From the IMG/VR virus record IMGVR_UViG_3300017971_000201, positions 95,665 through 159,664 of that record: DNA of 64,000 nt. One strand, written 5' to 3'. Source of the DNA: a virus. A model generated the notes under the pieces. The model worked only from the letters and a program-made list of their open reading frames with translations. It did no database searches and had not been told where the DNA came from. A program made the translations under genes and the position numbers. Numbering within the stretch: the first letter of the stretch is position 1; every line of letters starts with the position of its first letter. Positions 46,063 to 55,131 of the stretch are shown here, one piece after another.

Positions 46063-46092
46063 ACGACCGGGGGCGCTCTCGCCCCCGGTCGT
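46063..46092 (-). terminator. hairpin terminator
   Basis: Perfect 13-bp stem ACGACCGGGGGCG/CGCCCCCGGTCGT followed by TTCTATT on the minus strand. Confidence 0.75.
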
Positions 46093-46120
46093 GCTTCCCA
46101 ATCGTGCTGCTTGTAGGCGG

Positions 46121-46462
46121 TTAGGCGCCCTTCTTCCCCTTATTCTCGGAGTCGTCCTTCTCCTCCTCATCGGGGTCCTTCAGCAGACCACGGTACCGGA
46201 GCTGGTCCGACCATCGGGCTCGCTCATCGTCCTCGTCTAGGATGAAGCCCATGCGAATGTTGACGGCTCCACCGTACCAGGGAGGCAGGCAGACAACATT
46301 CTTGACATTGCGATGCTCGGACTTGACCCGGTCGGAGACCATCCGACGCACGCCGGTCTCGTAGAGGTTGGGGACGGAATTAGGATCGAGACCGTGAACG
46401 GCCGTCACATAAGGAGGCATCTGCTTCCCGTCAGGCGCCGTAACGACCGATACCGATGACAT
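46121..46462 (-). CDS. hypothetical protein
   Basis: 113-aa ORF followed by terminator. Confidence 0.55.
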   Translation of the reverse strand: MSSVSVVTAPDGKQMPPYVTAVHGLDPNSVPNLYETGVRRMVSDRVKSEHRNVKNVVCLPPWYGGAVNIRMGFILDEDDERARWSDQLRYRGLLKDPDEEEKDDSENKGKKGA

Positions 46463-46726
46463 CGGCTGCGCGTTCCACCACGCGTCTGCCTCCTCCGAGA
46501 ACTTCGGGGGGTCTGTTTTTTTCTACGCGAGGGTCGTAAACATCGGGATGTCTGGAAACCGAGGGTTCCTGACAGGTAGACACGTCACCCATTGGAGTTA
46601 CGCGCTGGATGCACCCTGAGCGACGCGGCCGGGCCAACCGGATGGAGCGCGGCCCCTGGAACGAGAAGTGGGATGGCCACCGCCAGCGCGGTCCAGGGGG
46701 TAGAACGGAGAGCGGAGGCAAGAACC

Positions 46727-46948
46727 GTGCAGATCAGACTCGAGACCAGTCAGTTGGAGCAGGCGTTCGCCGAGTGCGACGACATCTACGTCTGGGTCGA
46801 CGACCTGTTCGGCGAGATGGGCGCCTACGTCCGCGTGGACAAGGAGCACTTCCTGGGCACCCTGAAGGCCGAGACCAAGAAGGGCTGGCGGCTCTACTAC
46901 GACGTCATCCTGAAGGGCGCCGACCTCTGGATCGGCGGCGGCGGATGA
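46727..46948 (+). CDS. hypothetical protein
   Basis: GGGTAGAAC and GGAGG upstream. Confidence 0.65.
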   Translation: MQIRLETSQLEQAFAECDDIYVWVDDLFGEMGAYVRVDKEHFLGTLKAETKKGWRLYYDVILKGADLWIGGGG

Positions 46949-47175
46949 AGCGCGGCGACCGGGTAGAGATCTTCGAGGGTCTCCCGAGCACACGCGGCCT
47001 GCGCGGGACGGTCTTCGGGGTCGGCCCCATGGGCACGTTCGTGAACATCCTGCCGGACCAGTGGGACCGGAAGCTGTGCGGCATCCCGATCGATCACGTT
47101 CGCGCGATCTCGGCCGTCGAGCAGCTCGGTGACCTGGCGCGCAGTAGCATCCGGCTGGGAGGGCAACCGTGCTGA
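46945..47175 (+). CDS. SH3-like small protein with tag
   Basis: MKRGDRVEI...SAVEQLGDLA. Confidence 0.65.
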   Translation: MKRGDRVEIFEGLPSTRGLRGTVFGVGPMGTFVNILPDQWDRKLCGIPIDHVRAISAVEQLGDLARSSIRLGGQPC

Positions 47176-47383
47176 GCATCCTGATCAGGTTCATCTTCTC
47201 CCGCCTCGCGCGCCTCCACTGCTGCGCGTGCGTAGCCCTCGGGAGGCCGGGCGGCGGCCTCACACCGGGCGAGCAAGATCTGATCGCCGGCGGCTACAGC
47301 CACCTCGCGATCGAGTCGGTGAGCTTCCGCCTCGATGTCACCTATGAGGAGGCCAGGGACCGCATCTACCGCTGGCTGGCGCC

Positions 47384-47671
47384 GTGAGTCCAGCTGACGC
47401 GATCAAGGCCAGCCGGATCGGCCTCGCGATCGACGAGAGCTACGAGCCGCTGGTCTTCTACTGCTCGCGCGATTCGATCTCCACGGTCCGTACCCACCTC
47501 TGCCGGATAGGCCAAACGGCCCGCGCCCGCGCGCTTAGGCTCCTCGGAGAACACGAAGCCGGGACCATCCGCATCCAGCTCGTTCCCATGAGTGACGCCG
47601 AGAAGACCAAGACCTGGGAGCCGGTCGCGCCCAAGACCGCGATCGACGACCTGGCGGACCTGGCACGCTGA
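47384..47671 (+). CDS. hypothetical protein with tag
   Basis: TAIDDLADLA. Confidence 0.6.
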   Translation: MSPADAIKASRIGLAIDESYEPLVFYCSRDSISTVRTHLCRIGQTARARALRLLGEHEAGTIRIQLVPMSDAEKTKTWEPVAPKTAIDDLADLAR

Positions 47672-48051
47672 TGAGCGGCACATCCGGCAGCGGCGGCACC
47701 CACACCGGCAAGCTGTCCGGCGGCCCAACCCCTCTCTACTCCTCCGACCAGATCACAGACAGGATCATCCGCCCAGAGGAGCCCTCAGCAGTCGAGCTGC
47801 TCGGCGACGTAGCGACTGGTCAGCGCAGACCCGCCCGCTATCGCCTGCCCCACCTCCCCGTGAAGCCTGGCTCCGTCGTGCTCATGCCCCTGGACCCGGA
47901 CGCGCCGGTGCCGTTCATGACCGATGACAGCAACGGCAACCTCGGCGGCGACATCGCCACGATCGACTACAAGACTGGCATCATCGAAACACACGACCCG
48001 CTGCCGCGCGTCCCGCTCAAGGCCGGCTGGATCTTCTGTACAGAGACCTAG
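47671..48051 (+). CDS. capsid-insertion-domain-like protein with internal tag
   Basis: YSS..., LPVKPGSVVL, TDDSNG, ATIDYKTG resemble the MCP insertion; EPSAVELLGDVA. Confidence 0.55.
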   Translation: MSGTSGSGGTHTGKLSGGPTPLYSSDQITDRIIRPEEPSAVELLGDVATGQRRPARYRLPHLPVKPGSVVLMPLDPDAPVPFMTDDSNGNLGGDIATIDYKTGIIETHDPLPRVPLKAGWIFCTET

Positions 48052-48053
48052 CC

Positions 48054-48302
48054 TCAGCAGCCGACTGACAAGCCGTCCGCGTCGCCCTCGATCCGGCGGA
48101 GCTTCGGGTGCTTCACGAGCTTCTGGGGCGTCGACTTGTCGAGACGCACCCCACCGATCTTGTGCTTCGCCTCGAAGTCGATGATGTAGCCGTGGACTCC
48201 CTCGTGCGCGCTCACCGGCTTCAGGTACGGCAGCAGTCGAATGATCTCGGCCTGTGCCTTCGGCAGCGCACTCACGTCGATCCGGGTCGCCTCGGTCAGC
48301 AC
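48054..48302 (-). CDS. small basic protein with MLTE leader
   Basis: 82 aa; MLTEATRI. Confidence 0.55.
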   Translation of the reverse strand: MLTEATRIDVSALPKAQAEIIRLLPYLKPVSAHEGVHGYIIDFEAKHKIGGVRLDKSTPQKLVKHPKLRRIEGDADGLSVGC

Positions 48303-48323
48303 GCGATCGTCGGCGGCCCGGGG

Positions 48324-48707
48324 TTACGCGCGGGCGCGCTCTTCCTTCTTATGAACCCCTTCCCGCGCAATTTTAGCCCCCAACGGATTGTCCACCGCCG
48401 GCCCCTCGAGCGGATCCCTGTAGACCCTCCACCGCTGATTGATCAGAGACCTCCACTCCCGCCACTCCCTCCACTCGCGCACGCGTCTGGCCGCCTCGCC
48501 CTCCGGGTCCGCGATGGCGGCGAGCTGATCGACCGCGCTCGGCTCCTCGAATCGGCGGGCGTGCCTGGACATGATGCTCTTGCGCAGGGAGAAGTCGTTC
48601 GGATCGACTGTGGTCGCGGGAACCTCGGGGATGTAGGGCGCGAAGATGTAGCCGGGGCTCAGTCCGGTCTCTCCATCGGCCGGTCGTCCGTTCTGGTCCG
48701 CGATCAC
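48324..48707 (-). CDS. major-capsid C-terminal-like peptide fused to tag
   Basis: GYIFAPYIP...VDPNDFSLRKSIMSRH vs MCP GLIYSPYIP...IDPNDLSLRRAVRTRH; EPSAVDQLAAIA. Confidence 0.75.
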   Translation of the reverse strand: MIADQNGRPADGETGLSPGYIFAPYIPEVPATTVDPNDFSLRKSIMSRHARRFEEPSAVDQLAAIADPEGEAARRVREWREWREWRSLINQRWRVYRDPLEGPAVDNPLGAKIAREGVHKKEERARA

Positions 48708-48938
48708 ACCTCTGTTCTACCTGAACCTGAGCCCGGGCGCCGGCTGCGGAGCCGTGAGCGCCGGTTCCGGTGACGTGCTTGTGCTGTGAGCTGGCGCACC
48801 CTGGCGTAGCCGTGGGGCAGGAGCCCTCGGGTTGCGCGGGCTGCACCCTACGTGGTGAGTTTCCAAGGGGAGTGATCGATAGTCCCCTCCCATTCCATCG
48901 CCCGTGCGCTTGAGGGGGCTTCAGTGGCGCAGGAACCG

Positions 48939-49637
48939 CTACAGAAGAGCGAGCACCTCCGCCGGATCGATGACGGTCTTGGGTACAGTCACCAAGCGGA
49001 CCACGCGCCAGCCGGACCTCTCGGCCGCAGCGTCCTTCTGGGCGTCGTAGAATCTCCACCCGTCCTCCTGGTGGAACGGCTCGTCGAACTCGACGAGCAG
49101 CTTCTCCTCATGCAGCGCAAGATCGAAGATGTAACGGCCAATGGGCAGCTCGAACGTGATCTTCCTCCCCTTGAGGGCCTCCTCAAGCCGCTTGTACCTG
49201 TAGCCCTCACGCTTCCTGGCGAGAGCCGCGATGGCGTTCATGCTCCCGCCGTAGCACTTCCCTGACGACCGTCTTCCCTCGATGTCGCCCTTGGACAGGG
49301 GCTTGCCGATGGAGCACTGGGGGCCGCAGTAGAGGTTGTGCCCTCGCCGCCGCGAACGCTCGACCTCGACCGCATCACGCGAAGCCGTCCTACCGCACCG
49401 ATGGCACGTGAACGTAAGCTGCTTGCGCTTGAACGTCCTCCTCGCACCACCGTTGTAGACGAGCTTCTCGCACTCGGGACACCACACACGGCCGCGCCCC
49501 CGCAGCTTGTAAGCCTGCACGACTACCGCACCGCCGCACTCGCACGTCGCTCGCACGAACCCGCCCGCGATGTGCTCCTCGACGGTGAGCTTGCCGAGCA
49601 CCTGGCCGGTCAGATCGATGCGCGGTCGCCCTGCCAT
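48939..49637 (-). CDS. DUF559/Vsr-like putative homing endonuclease
   Basis: DLTGQVLGKLTV, Zn motifs, YIFDLA..KLLVEFDEPFH...DAQKD..GWRVVRL. Confidence 0.8.
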   Translation of the reverse strand: MAGRPRIDLTGQVLGKLTVEEHIAGGFVRATCECGGAVVVQAYKLRGRGRVWCPECEKLVYNGGARRTFKRKQLTFTCHRCGRTASRDAVEVERSRRRGHNLYCGPQCSIGKPLSKGDIEGRRSSGKCYGGSMNAIAALARKREGYRYKRLEEALKGRKITFELPIGRYIFDLALHEEKLLVEFDEPFHQEDGWRFYDAQKDAAAERSGWRVVRLVTVPKTVIDPAEVLALL

Positions 49638-50116
49638 GCCGCCATTCTACTATGCAGGAACGGATCTCGAAACCTCGTAGGCATAGTCCCCTTCAGTTCC
49701 GCCCGTTATGCGCTCTGAGACCATCCATCGCACGCAGGAACCGCCCGGGGGAGACCCTGCTGCCCGCTAGGGGGTCGCGTCAGGGGGGTGGGGTGTGTCA
49801 CCCCTCCCGCTAGGGGGCCTGTGGAGTGGGGGCGCCGGGGGCCGGCGGCACGGTGCGTACCGACCGGCGGCAGCTGTCAGCGACGCTCGCGGAGCCGGCG
49901 CGGAACAGGCCAGCCGCGCAGCCGGCACCAGCACGAGATATGGAAGACGCGGCAGCGCTCGGTGTCGATCGCGATGCGATGGTGCTGGTCGATGATCTTG
50001 CGGCAGATCCAGCACCGTAGGCTGAAGGCGGGCGGCGTCACGTGCACCAGTCTACGCGGTCAGCGCTGACCATGCGCGCGAGTGTCAGTCGGCCGGGGTC
50101 TGCCCGTCAGGCTGGT

Positions 50117-50488
50117 ATGAGCGACCGACGGATACGGGAGCTGGAGCGGGTGGCGGCCACGGGTGACGCGTGGGCCGGCCTGCGCTTCCTGGTAGAGCTG
50201 CAACGGGCCGGGCTTTGGGGCGGGCCGCGTGAGCTGCACGCTCGCCGGCTCGGCCGCTCCCCTCGCTCGGTCCGGGCGGACTGGGCTGGCATCGCCGGCG
50301 GTGGGGAGGGCCGCCGCTGCTTCGAGTGCGGCGCGCTCCTGGGGCTCGGGGAGGTACCGGAGTGGTGGGCCGGGGCACCGTGTTGTCCACGGCCGCCGAT
50401 CCCAGGCGCAGAGGGCTGCGTCGATGGAGCCCGTAGCCGCGAGGCGTTCTGGCTCGAGGTCGACGCCGACCTGCCCGGCGTTCCGTAG
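50117..50488 (+). CDS. hypothetical protein
   Basis: MSDRRIRELERVAATGD start; CFECG. Confidence 0.55.
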   Translation: MSDRRIRELERVAATGDAWAGLRFLVELQRAGLWGGPRELHARRLGRSPRSVRADWAGIAGGGEGRRCFECGALLGLGEVPEWWAGAPCCPRPPIPGAEGCVDGARSREAFWLEVDADLPGVP

Positions 50489-50509
50489 CCGGGTCGGCGC
50501 TGACCTGCG

Positions 50510-51058
50510 CTAGTGGAGGTAGCCGAGCTGCTGCACCATCTGCTGGAGGCCGCGCTTCGCGGCGCGGGCCGCGTCCTGGTACTTCTCGCCGTGGTCGCCG
50601 GCCCAGGTCAGCCGCTTGGTGTGGCTCAGAGCCATGGCCCGGAGCTTCTTGATCATGGTCAGCACCTCGCCCTGCGCAGCGGTGACGCTGCCGGACTCGG
50701 TCAGCCCCTCGTCCTCCATGCGGAGCGACCGGAACGTCGCCGCGTTGTGCGCGTCCTTGGCCGCGCGCTTGAGGTCGAACGACATGGAGTCGGCGGTGCT
50801 CGCCGTCATCCCGTGGTCCTTGCCGTCGAGCGTGAGCGTCACCTTGTCGGGCGCGGTCATGCGGGCCTTGTAGCGCTTGACCATCTTGCCGTAGCCGTAG
50901 CCCTTGGCCGGCTTGGTCTCGTCCAGCGCGTCCTCTTCCATCTCGTCGCCGGCCGGCTCTCCGATCGGACCCTCGCCCTTCCCTCGGGCCAGGCCGCGAC
51001 CCTTGCCCTTGCTGCGGATCTTCATCCCGGGCGTCGCGCATCGCTCGAACAGGCTCAT
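50510..51058 (-). CDS. basic protein with repeated L-x-E sites, candidate internal head protein
   Basis: GAGGAG RBS; MSLFE, ALDE, GLTE separating K/R-rich blocks. Confidence 0.65.
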   Translation of the reverse strand: MSLFERCATPGMKIRSKGKGRGLARGKGEGPIGEPAGDEMEEDALDETKPAKGYGYGKMVKRYKARMTAPDKVTLTLDGKDHGMTASTADSMSFDLKRAAKDAHNAATFRSLRMEDEGLTESGSVTAAQGEVLTMIKKLRAMALSHTKRLTWAGDHGEKYQDAARAAKRGLQQMVQQLGYLH

Positions 51059-51280
51059 GGGTGTGCTCCTCGCCGGCCGATGATACCCGGTCGGTGGCCA
51101 GGGGTCACTGAGCTGCCCGCTAGGGGGCCTGCCGGCCGCCCGGCGCGCGCGGACCTGGGGCACGGTGCGTGCCACCAGCTGCGGTGGCCGCCGCTCTCGA
51201 GCAGCAGGGTCGGCGCTGACCTCCCGTAGTTGTCGGAGGGCTCGTGTAGAGTGGAAGCAGAAAGGACGGGGATCACAACC

Positions 51281-51787
51281 ATGTCGCTCTCTTACCCTGA
51301 ACCGGTCCGCGTGACCGCCTGCTCTTCCACCGTGCCGCGCCTCTGCTTCGGCTGCGGCCAGTACCACATCGGCCTCGGTGACCCTTACTGGTGGCACCAC
51401 GACTCGGGCAAGCTCGTGCACGACGAGTGCTACGACGACCAGGTACGCGAGCAGCTGCTCGCGCTCTCCGACATCGTGCAGACCACTTCGCCGCCGGCCG
51501 ATCCGATCACCGTCGCCGACGAGCTGCTGCCCGCAGAGGAGCCCGCGCTGCGTGTCGTGTGCGCGTGGTGCAAGACCACGCTTCGCGAGGGCGTCGAACC
51601 CGCCTCGCACGGGATCTGCGACTCCTGCAAGCGCAGCCTCAGCCGGCTCACCGTCGATGTGGACGGTCACGAGCGGTCGCTCGAGGACGCGCTCGAGGAC
51701 GAGCGCTGGGCCGAGGAGTGGGAACGCTTCGTCAGCGACGACGACGACACGCCGCCGGCTGGGCTCCCTCGGCCGGCGCTCGACTAG
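51281..51787 (+). CDS. Cys-rich hypothetical protein
   Basis: CFGC, VCAWCK...SHGICDSC. Confidence 0.6.
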   Translation: MSLSYPEPVRVTACSSTVPRLCFGCGQYHIGLGDPYWWHHDSGKLVHDECYDDQVREQLLALSDIVQTTSPPADPITVADELLPAEEPALRVVCAWCKTTLREGVEPASHGICDSCKRSLSRLTVDVDGHERSLEDALEDERWAEEWERFVSDDDDTPPAGLPRPALD

Positions 51788-52137
51788 CTCCCGGGGATCA
51801 CGATCTCGCCGAGCCGAGCAAGCTCGGCCGGCGTCACCCACGCGTCAGCTCGCGCGGCCGTCGCGATCACGCTCGCGATCGGCGTCTCCTCGATGAAGAG
51901 CACGACCCGGAGCTGCGGCCCGTAGACCTTCCTGAGCACGGACACCAGGAGCCCGGTCCGCAGGCCGGGCGTCTGGCCGATCACCACAGCATCGGGCTTC
52001 CACTGGCCGCCGTTGACCGTGGCCGCGACCTCCACCCAGTCGCCGGCCGTCCGTACATCGTGAGCTTGCAGGTTGGAGACCAGCAGGGCGCGCTCGAGCA
52101 GCCGGTCCTCGATCACCATGATGCTCAGCCTGGCCAT
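51784..52137 (-). CDS. CheY-like pseudo-receiver domain protein
   Basis: IMVIED, KPDAVVIG, RVVLF, ADAWVTP; TATGCT 6 nt before ATG. Confidence 0.6.
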   Translation of the reverse strand: MARLSIMVIEDRLLERALLVSNLQAHDVRTAGDWVEVAATVNGGQWKPDAVVIGQTPGLRTGLLVSVLRKVYGPQLRVVLFIEETPIASVIATAARADAWVTPAELARLGEIVIPGS

Positions 52138-52763
52138 CCACCCAGCATACGAAGTGGGCTCGTGGGGACTTGCCCGCTAGGGGGTTAGTAACCCCTGGCC
52201 CGGCAGGGGCCGGCGGGCTACGATGATGGCGCTTCTCCCCAAGCACGAAGCCTCGGCGCCCGACCCCGCTTGTGCCCATCCCACCTCGAGCGGGGTCGCG
52301 GCCTGTACAGACCACAAGCCCGGCCGTAGGGACCGGGCTTGCAGCCGTGAGACCGGGCAGCTCCAACCGTGGAGCTGCCGCAGTTCTACCACAAGCCACG
52401 AGCCCGGCCGTGCGGTATCGCGACCGGGCTCGGGTGGAAAAAGTGGTGCCCCGTTCTATCACGACGACCATGGCGCGCAACAGACCGCGAGCCCGGCCAG
52501 ATGGGGACCGGGCTCAGCGGCGGACCCCAATCGAGAGTGCGAGAGTCGGCTGGGGTAGCCGTAGGCTACCCCAGTGTTCACGGCCGCGCCAGCCGCCGGA
52601 CCGAGAAATCCGTGTGAGAATGGCTGGCGGAGTTGTTGAGAGAGGCAGAGAGGAGGGACAAGCAAGTTCCTGGTGTTCGCCTTCCCCGACCCCGGCGCTG
52701 GTCACCGCCGGGGTCGCGGTCTGTACAGAGAGCGAGCCGGCCAGTGGTGGCCGGCTCCTCTCA

Positions 52764-53435
52764 TCAAGGGCCGCCTCCAGGCGGCTCCTGTGGGCCGGTG
52801 TAGCCGAACTCGGGCGTGTAGTCGGGCACCTGCTCGTCCACGGCCCGGCGCTTCCCACGATCACCTCGCCGGTTCGGCCCGTAGGTACGCTCGTCTTCAT
52901 CGGCCGGCGCTCGGCCGGGCGGAGGGCCGCCGTCGCCGGCGAAACCCGCATCATCGTCCTCCTCGGCCGGCGGCGGCGGCTCCTCCTCGGGCTCCTCGAG
53001 CGAGGGGTTGATCCCTCGGTCGGGGAACACGAGGTAGCCCGATGGGGTCTGGAAGAACTCGTCGCAGCCCTCGTCCTCCTCGACCTCCTCGATCACGGCC
53101 CCCTCGACCTCCTCGATCACGGCCTCGTCGCGATCACCAGCCGGCGCTGGGCTGAACTCTCGGGGTACCCGCGCGGGGTCGGCGCTGACCTCGGCCTTCA
53201 GGAGCGCGATCTTCGCCTTCAGGGGTTCGAGCACGCCGTGATGCGCGGCCAGGATCTCGACCGACTCGGCCGGCAGCTCCTTGATCACCACCATCAGGGA
53301 AGTTACGGCCTTGGTCATGCGCTTCTTGCCGCTCGCCCAGTGGCCGATCTGGGCCGGGTCGACGCCGATGATGGCCGCGAACTCACGCTGCGTAAGCCCG
53401 GTCGCAGCACGGGCTTCTGACACAAGGGTCATCAC
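52764..53435 (-). CDS. XRE-family HTH protein with acidic tail
   Basis: ARAATGLTQREFAAIIGVDPAQIGHWASG. Confidence 0.85.
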   Translation of the reverse strand: MMTLVSEARAATGLTQREFAAIIGVDPAQIGHWASGKKRMTKAVTSLMVVIKELPAESVEILAAHHGVLEPLKAKIALLKAEVSADPARVPREFSPAPAGDRDEAVIEEVEGAVIEEVEEDEGCDEFFQTPSGYLVFPDRGINPSLEEPEEEPPPPAEEDDDAGFAGDGGPPPGRAPADEDERTYGPNRRGDRGKRRAVDEQVPDYTPEFGYTGPQEPPGGGP

Positions 53436-53510
53436 GCTTGGACCTCCTGATGTGCCCGGATCATCGCCAACAGCCTACCTTGATGAGACGGGGTCATCAA
53501 GATCGGGCTC

Positions 53511-53750
53511 TCACGATGACCTCCGATCATCGCCGGCGGCTCCCGGACCGTTCTTCTCCAACTCGTCGAGCACGAACTGCGGGTGTAACTCGATCAGCCT
53601 GAGCAGGTTGCAGGCCATGACCGACGGCTCGCGCCCCATCTCCCAACGCTCGTACGTCGCGCGGCTCACCCCCAGCCGGCGGGCCATGACCCGTTGGCTA
53701 AGTCCTGTAGCCATACGTGCGCGCTGCGCCAGGTTCAAGGAAGCCCCCAT
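53511..53750 (-). CDS. XRE-family HTH protein
   Basis: ARMATGLSQRVMARRLGVSRATYERWEMGREPS. Confidence 0.85.
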   Translation of the reverse strand: MGASLNLAQRARMATGLSQRVMARRLGVSRATYERWEMGREPSVMACNLLRLIELHPQFVLDELEKNGPGAAGDDRRSS

Positions 53751-53779
53751 CCGGCTCGACCTCCACCGTTCTACCCCGC

Positions 53780-54615
53780 GCCACCGTCGTGGTGGCACCG
53801 ACCTCGAAAAGCAGTGCTCAAGCAGCTCGGCCTGGCCGGTCCTGGCGCCCTAACGTCTTGGCCCCCAATGCAACTGCCACCATGATGGTGGCACCGGACG
53901 GGACCTCGACCAGTCGACGGGACCTGGTCGCGGGGGGTATCAGCTCGCTCGAGTACCCGGCGGCCGGTGCCACCATGATGGTGGCACTGGGCACAGATCG
54001 TCGACCTAGAGTCGCCCACCTCGGCCGGCCGGCGGCGGGCTGCCCGCTAGGGGCCTGCGTAACCCCCGCCGGGCCAGGCCGCCTGCCACCACGATGGTGG
54101 CACCGGAGATCGATGTGACCTGATTGGTGGTAGGCCGTGGATACGGCCCCATGGCTACTAGCTCTGCACGATGAAGCACCAACGGCCGACGTGAAACCCG
54201 CTTGGTTGCTGGCCTCCAGCCGTGTCACATCTTCGGCCGGCCGACATGGTCGTTAGCGCACCCGCCAACGGCAATCGGATCCCAGTGCCACCACGATGGT
54301 GGCAGCGGCCGGCGCGGCGAAGCTCACTAGTTCGTACTCGACCGACCGGCAGCACCCGCCACTGAGCGGGCTCGGGGCCGCGTCGCACCACGGGGCTGTA
54401 CGGGCCTCCTCGAGCCGATTCGGATGGGCAGGTATCAGGCATCGAGTTTTGAAAATGGGGCCGCCAGAGTGCCCGCTAGAAGCATGTATGGGGGCGCGGA
54501 GGGGGCGCGGAGGGGGCGTGTGGGCCATAAGTCATAATCAGACCGTGCGGGTGCCACCACCATGCTGGCATCCGTGCGGGTTCCGTTAGGCTCCGGTGCC
54601 ACCACCATGGTGGCA
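53780..54615. repeat. array of seven 19-bp palindromes TGCCACC-N5-GGTGGCA
   Basis: Copies at 53780, 53875, 53968, 54084, 54286, 54552, 54597 in non-coding DNA. Confidence 0.9.
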
Positions 54616-54888
54616 ACCCTAAGTCCTTATGGGAAGATGAGCCGTCATATGTCCTTTTGCGTCGGTATGTGTGTCCGGTCGAGGGCTCGGTGGCAGGGCT
54701 TCGAGGTGCCGCATCGACCAGAGTGAGGCGACCACGGCCTCCTCGGCCTGCGGCAGCCAGGGAGGTCGTCCTCTCCTACATAGAGTCCCGATAGCTATAC
54801 CGGCCGCGACCGTTTTTCAAGGACTTACGTCGAGGGGGGCGATGATCGGAGGTCATCGCGTGAGAGCCGATCGCTACTGAAGGGCCTG

Positions 54889-55131
54889 TCATTCGCCCGG
54901 CGGAGGCAGCCCCTCCTCGAAGAATTCCTCCAGCTCCCGCCGCCGCGCCTCGTAGACGGCCAGGCGGGCCGCGATCGTGAGGTCGGAGACGGCCGCCAGC
55001 CGCTCGATCGCCGAGGGCGTCTGGTACCCCTGCCGGGCCAGGTGAGCATCCACGGCGCGCGCGATCTTCTCCGCCCGCTCCTCCGGGGTCCGGGAGAACA
55101 TGGGGGCGGTGGGCGGCTGGCGCGTCTTCAT
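54889..55131 (-). CDS. hypothetical protein with tag
   Basis: PSAIERLAAVS. Confidence 0.55.
   Translation of the reverse strand: MKTRQPPTAPMFSRTPEERAEKIARAVDAHLARQGYQTPSAIERLAAVSDLTIAARLAVYEARRRELEEFFEEGLPPPGE

Larger units (their letters stand above)
49761..54479 (+). repeat. dispersed direct repeat TGCCCGCTAGGGGG (6 copies)
   Basis: 49761, 49806 (partial), 51114, 52171, 54041, 54470 (partial), all the same orientation. Confidence 0.8.

Noticed and set aside
51719-51730. Self-targeting by spacer 1 (TGGGAACGCTTC match)
   Set aside because: Only 12 of 36 nt match and the flanks differ; no full protospacer noticed in the window
52140-52760. Protein-coding ORFs or tRNA in this gap
   Set aside because: No convincing RBS, codon pattern or cloverleaf; a structured ncRNA cannot be excluded without folding and covariance analysis
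53780-54615. Second CRISPR array
   Set aside because: Repeats are only 19 bp with highly irregular spacing
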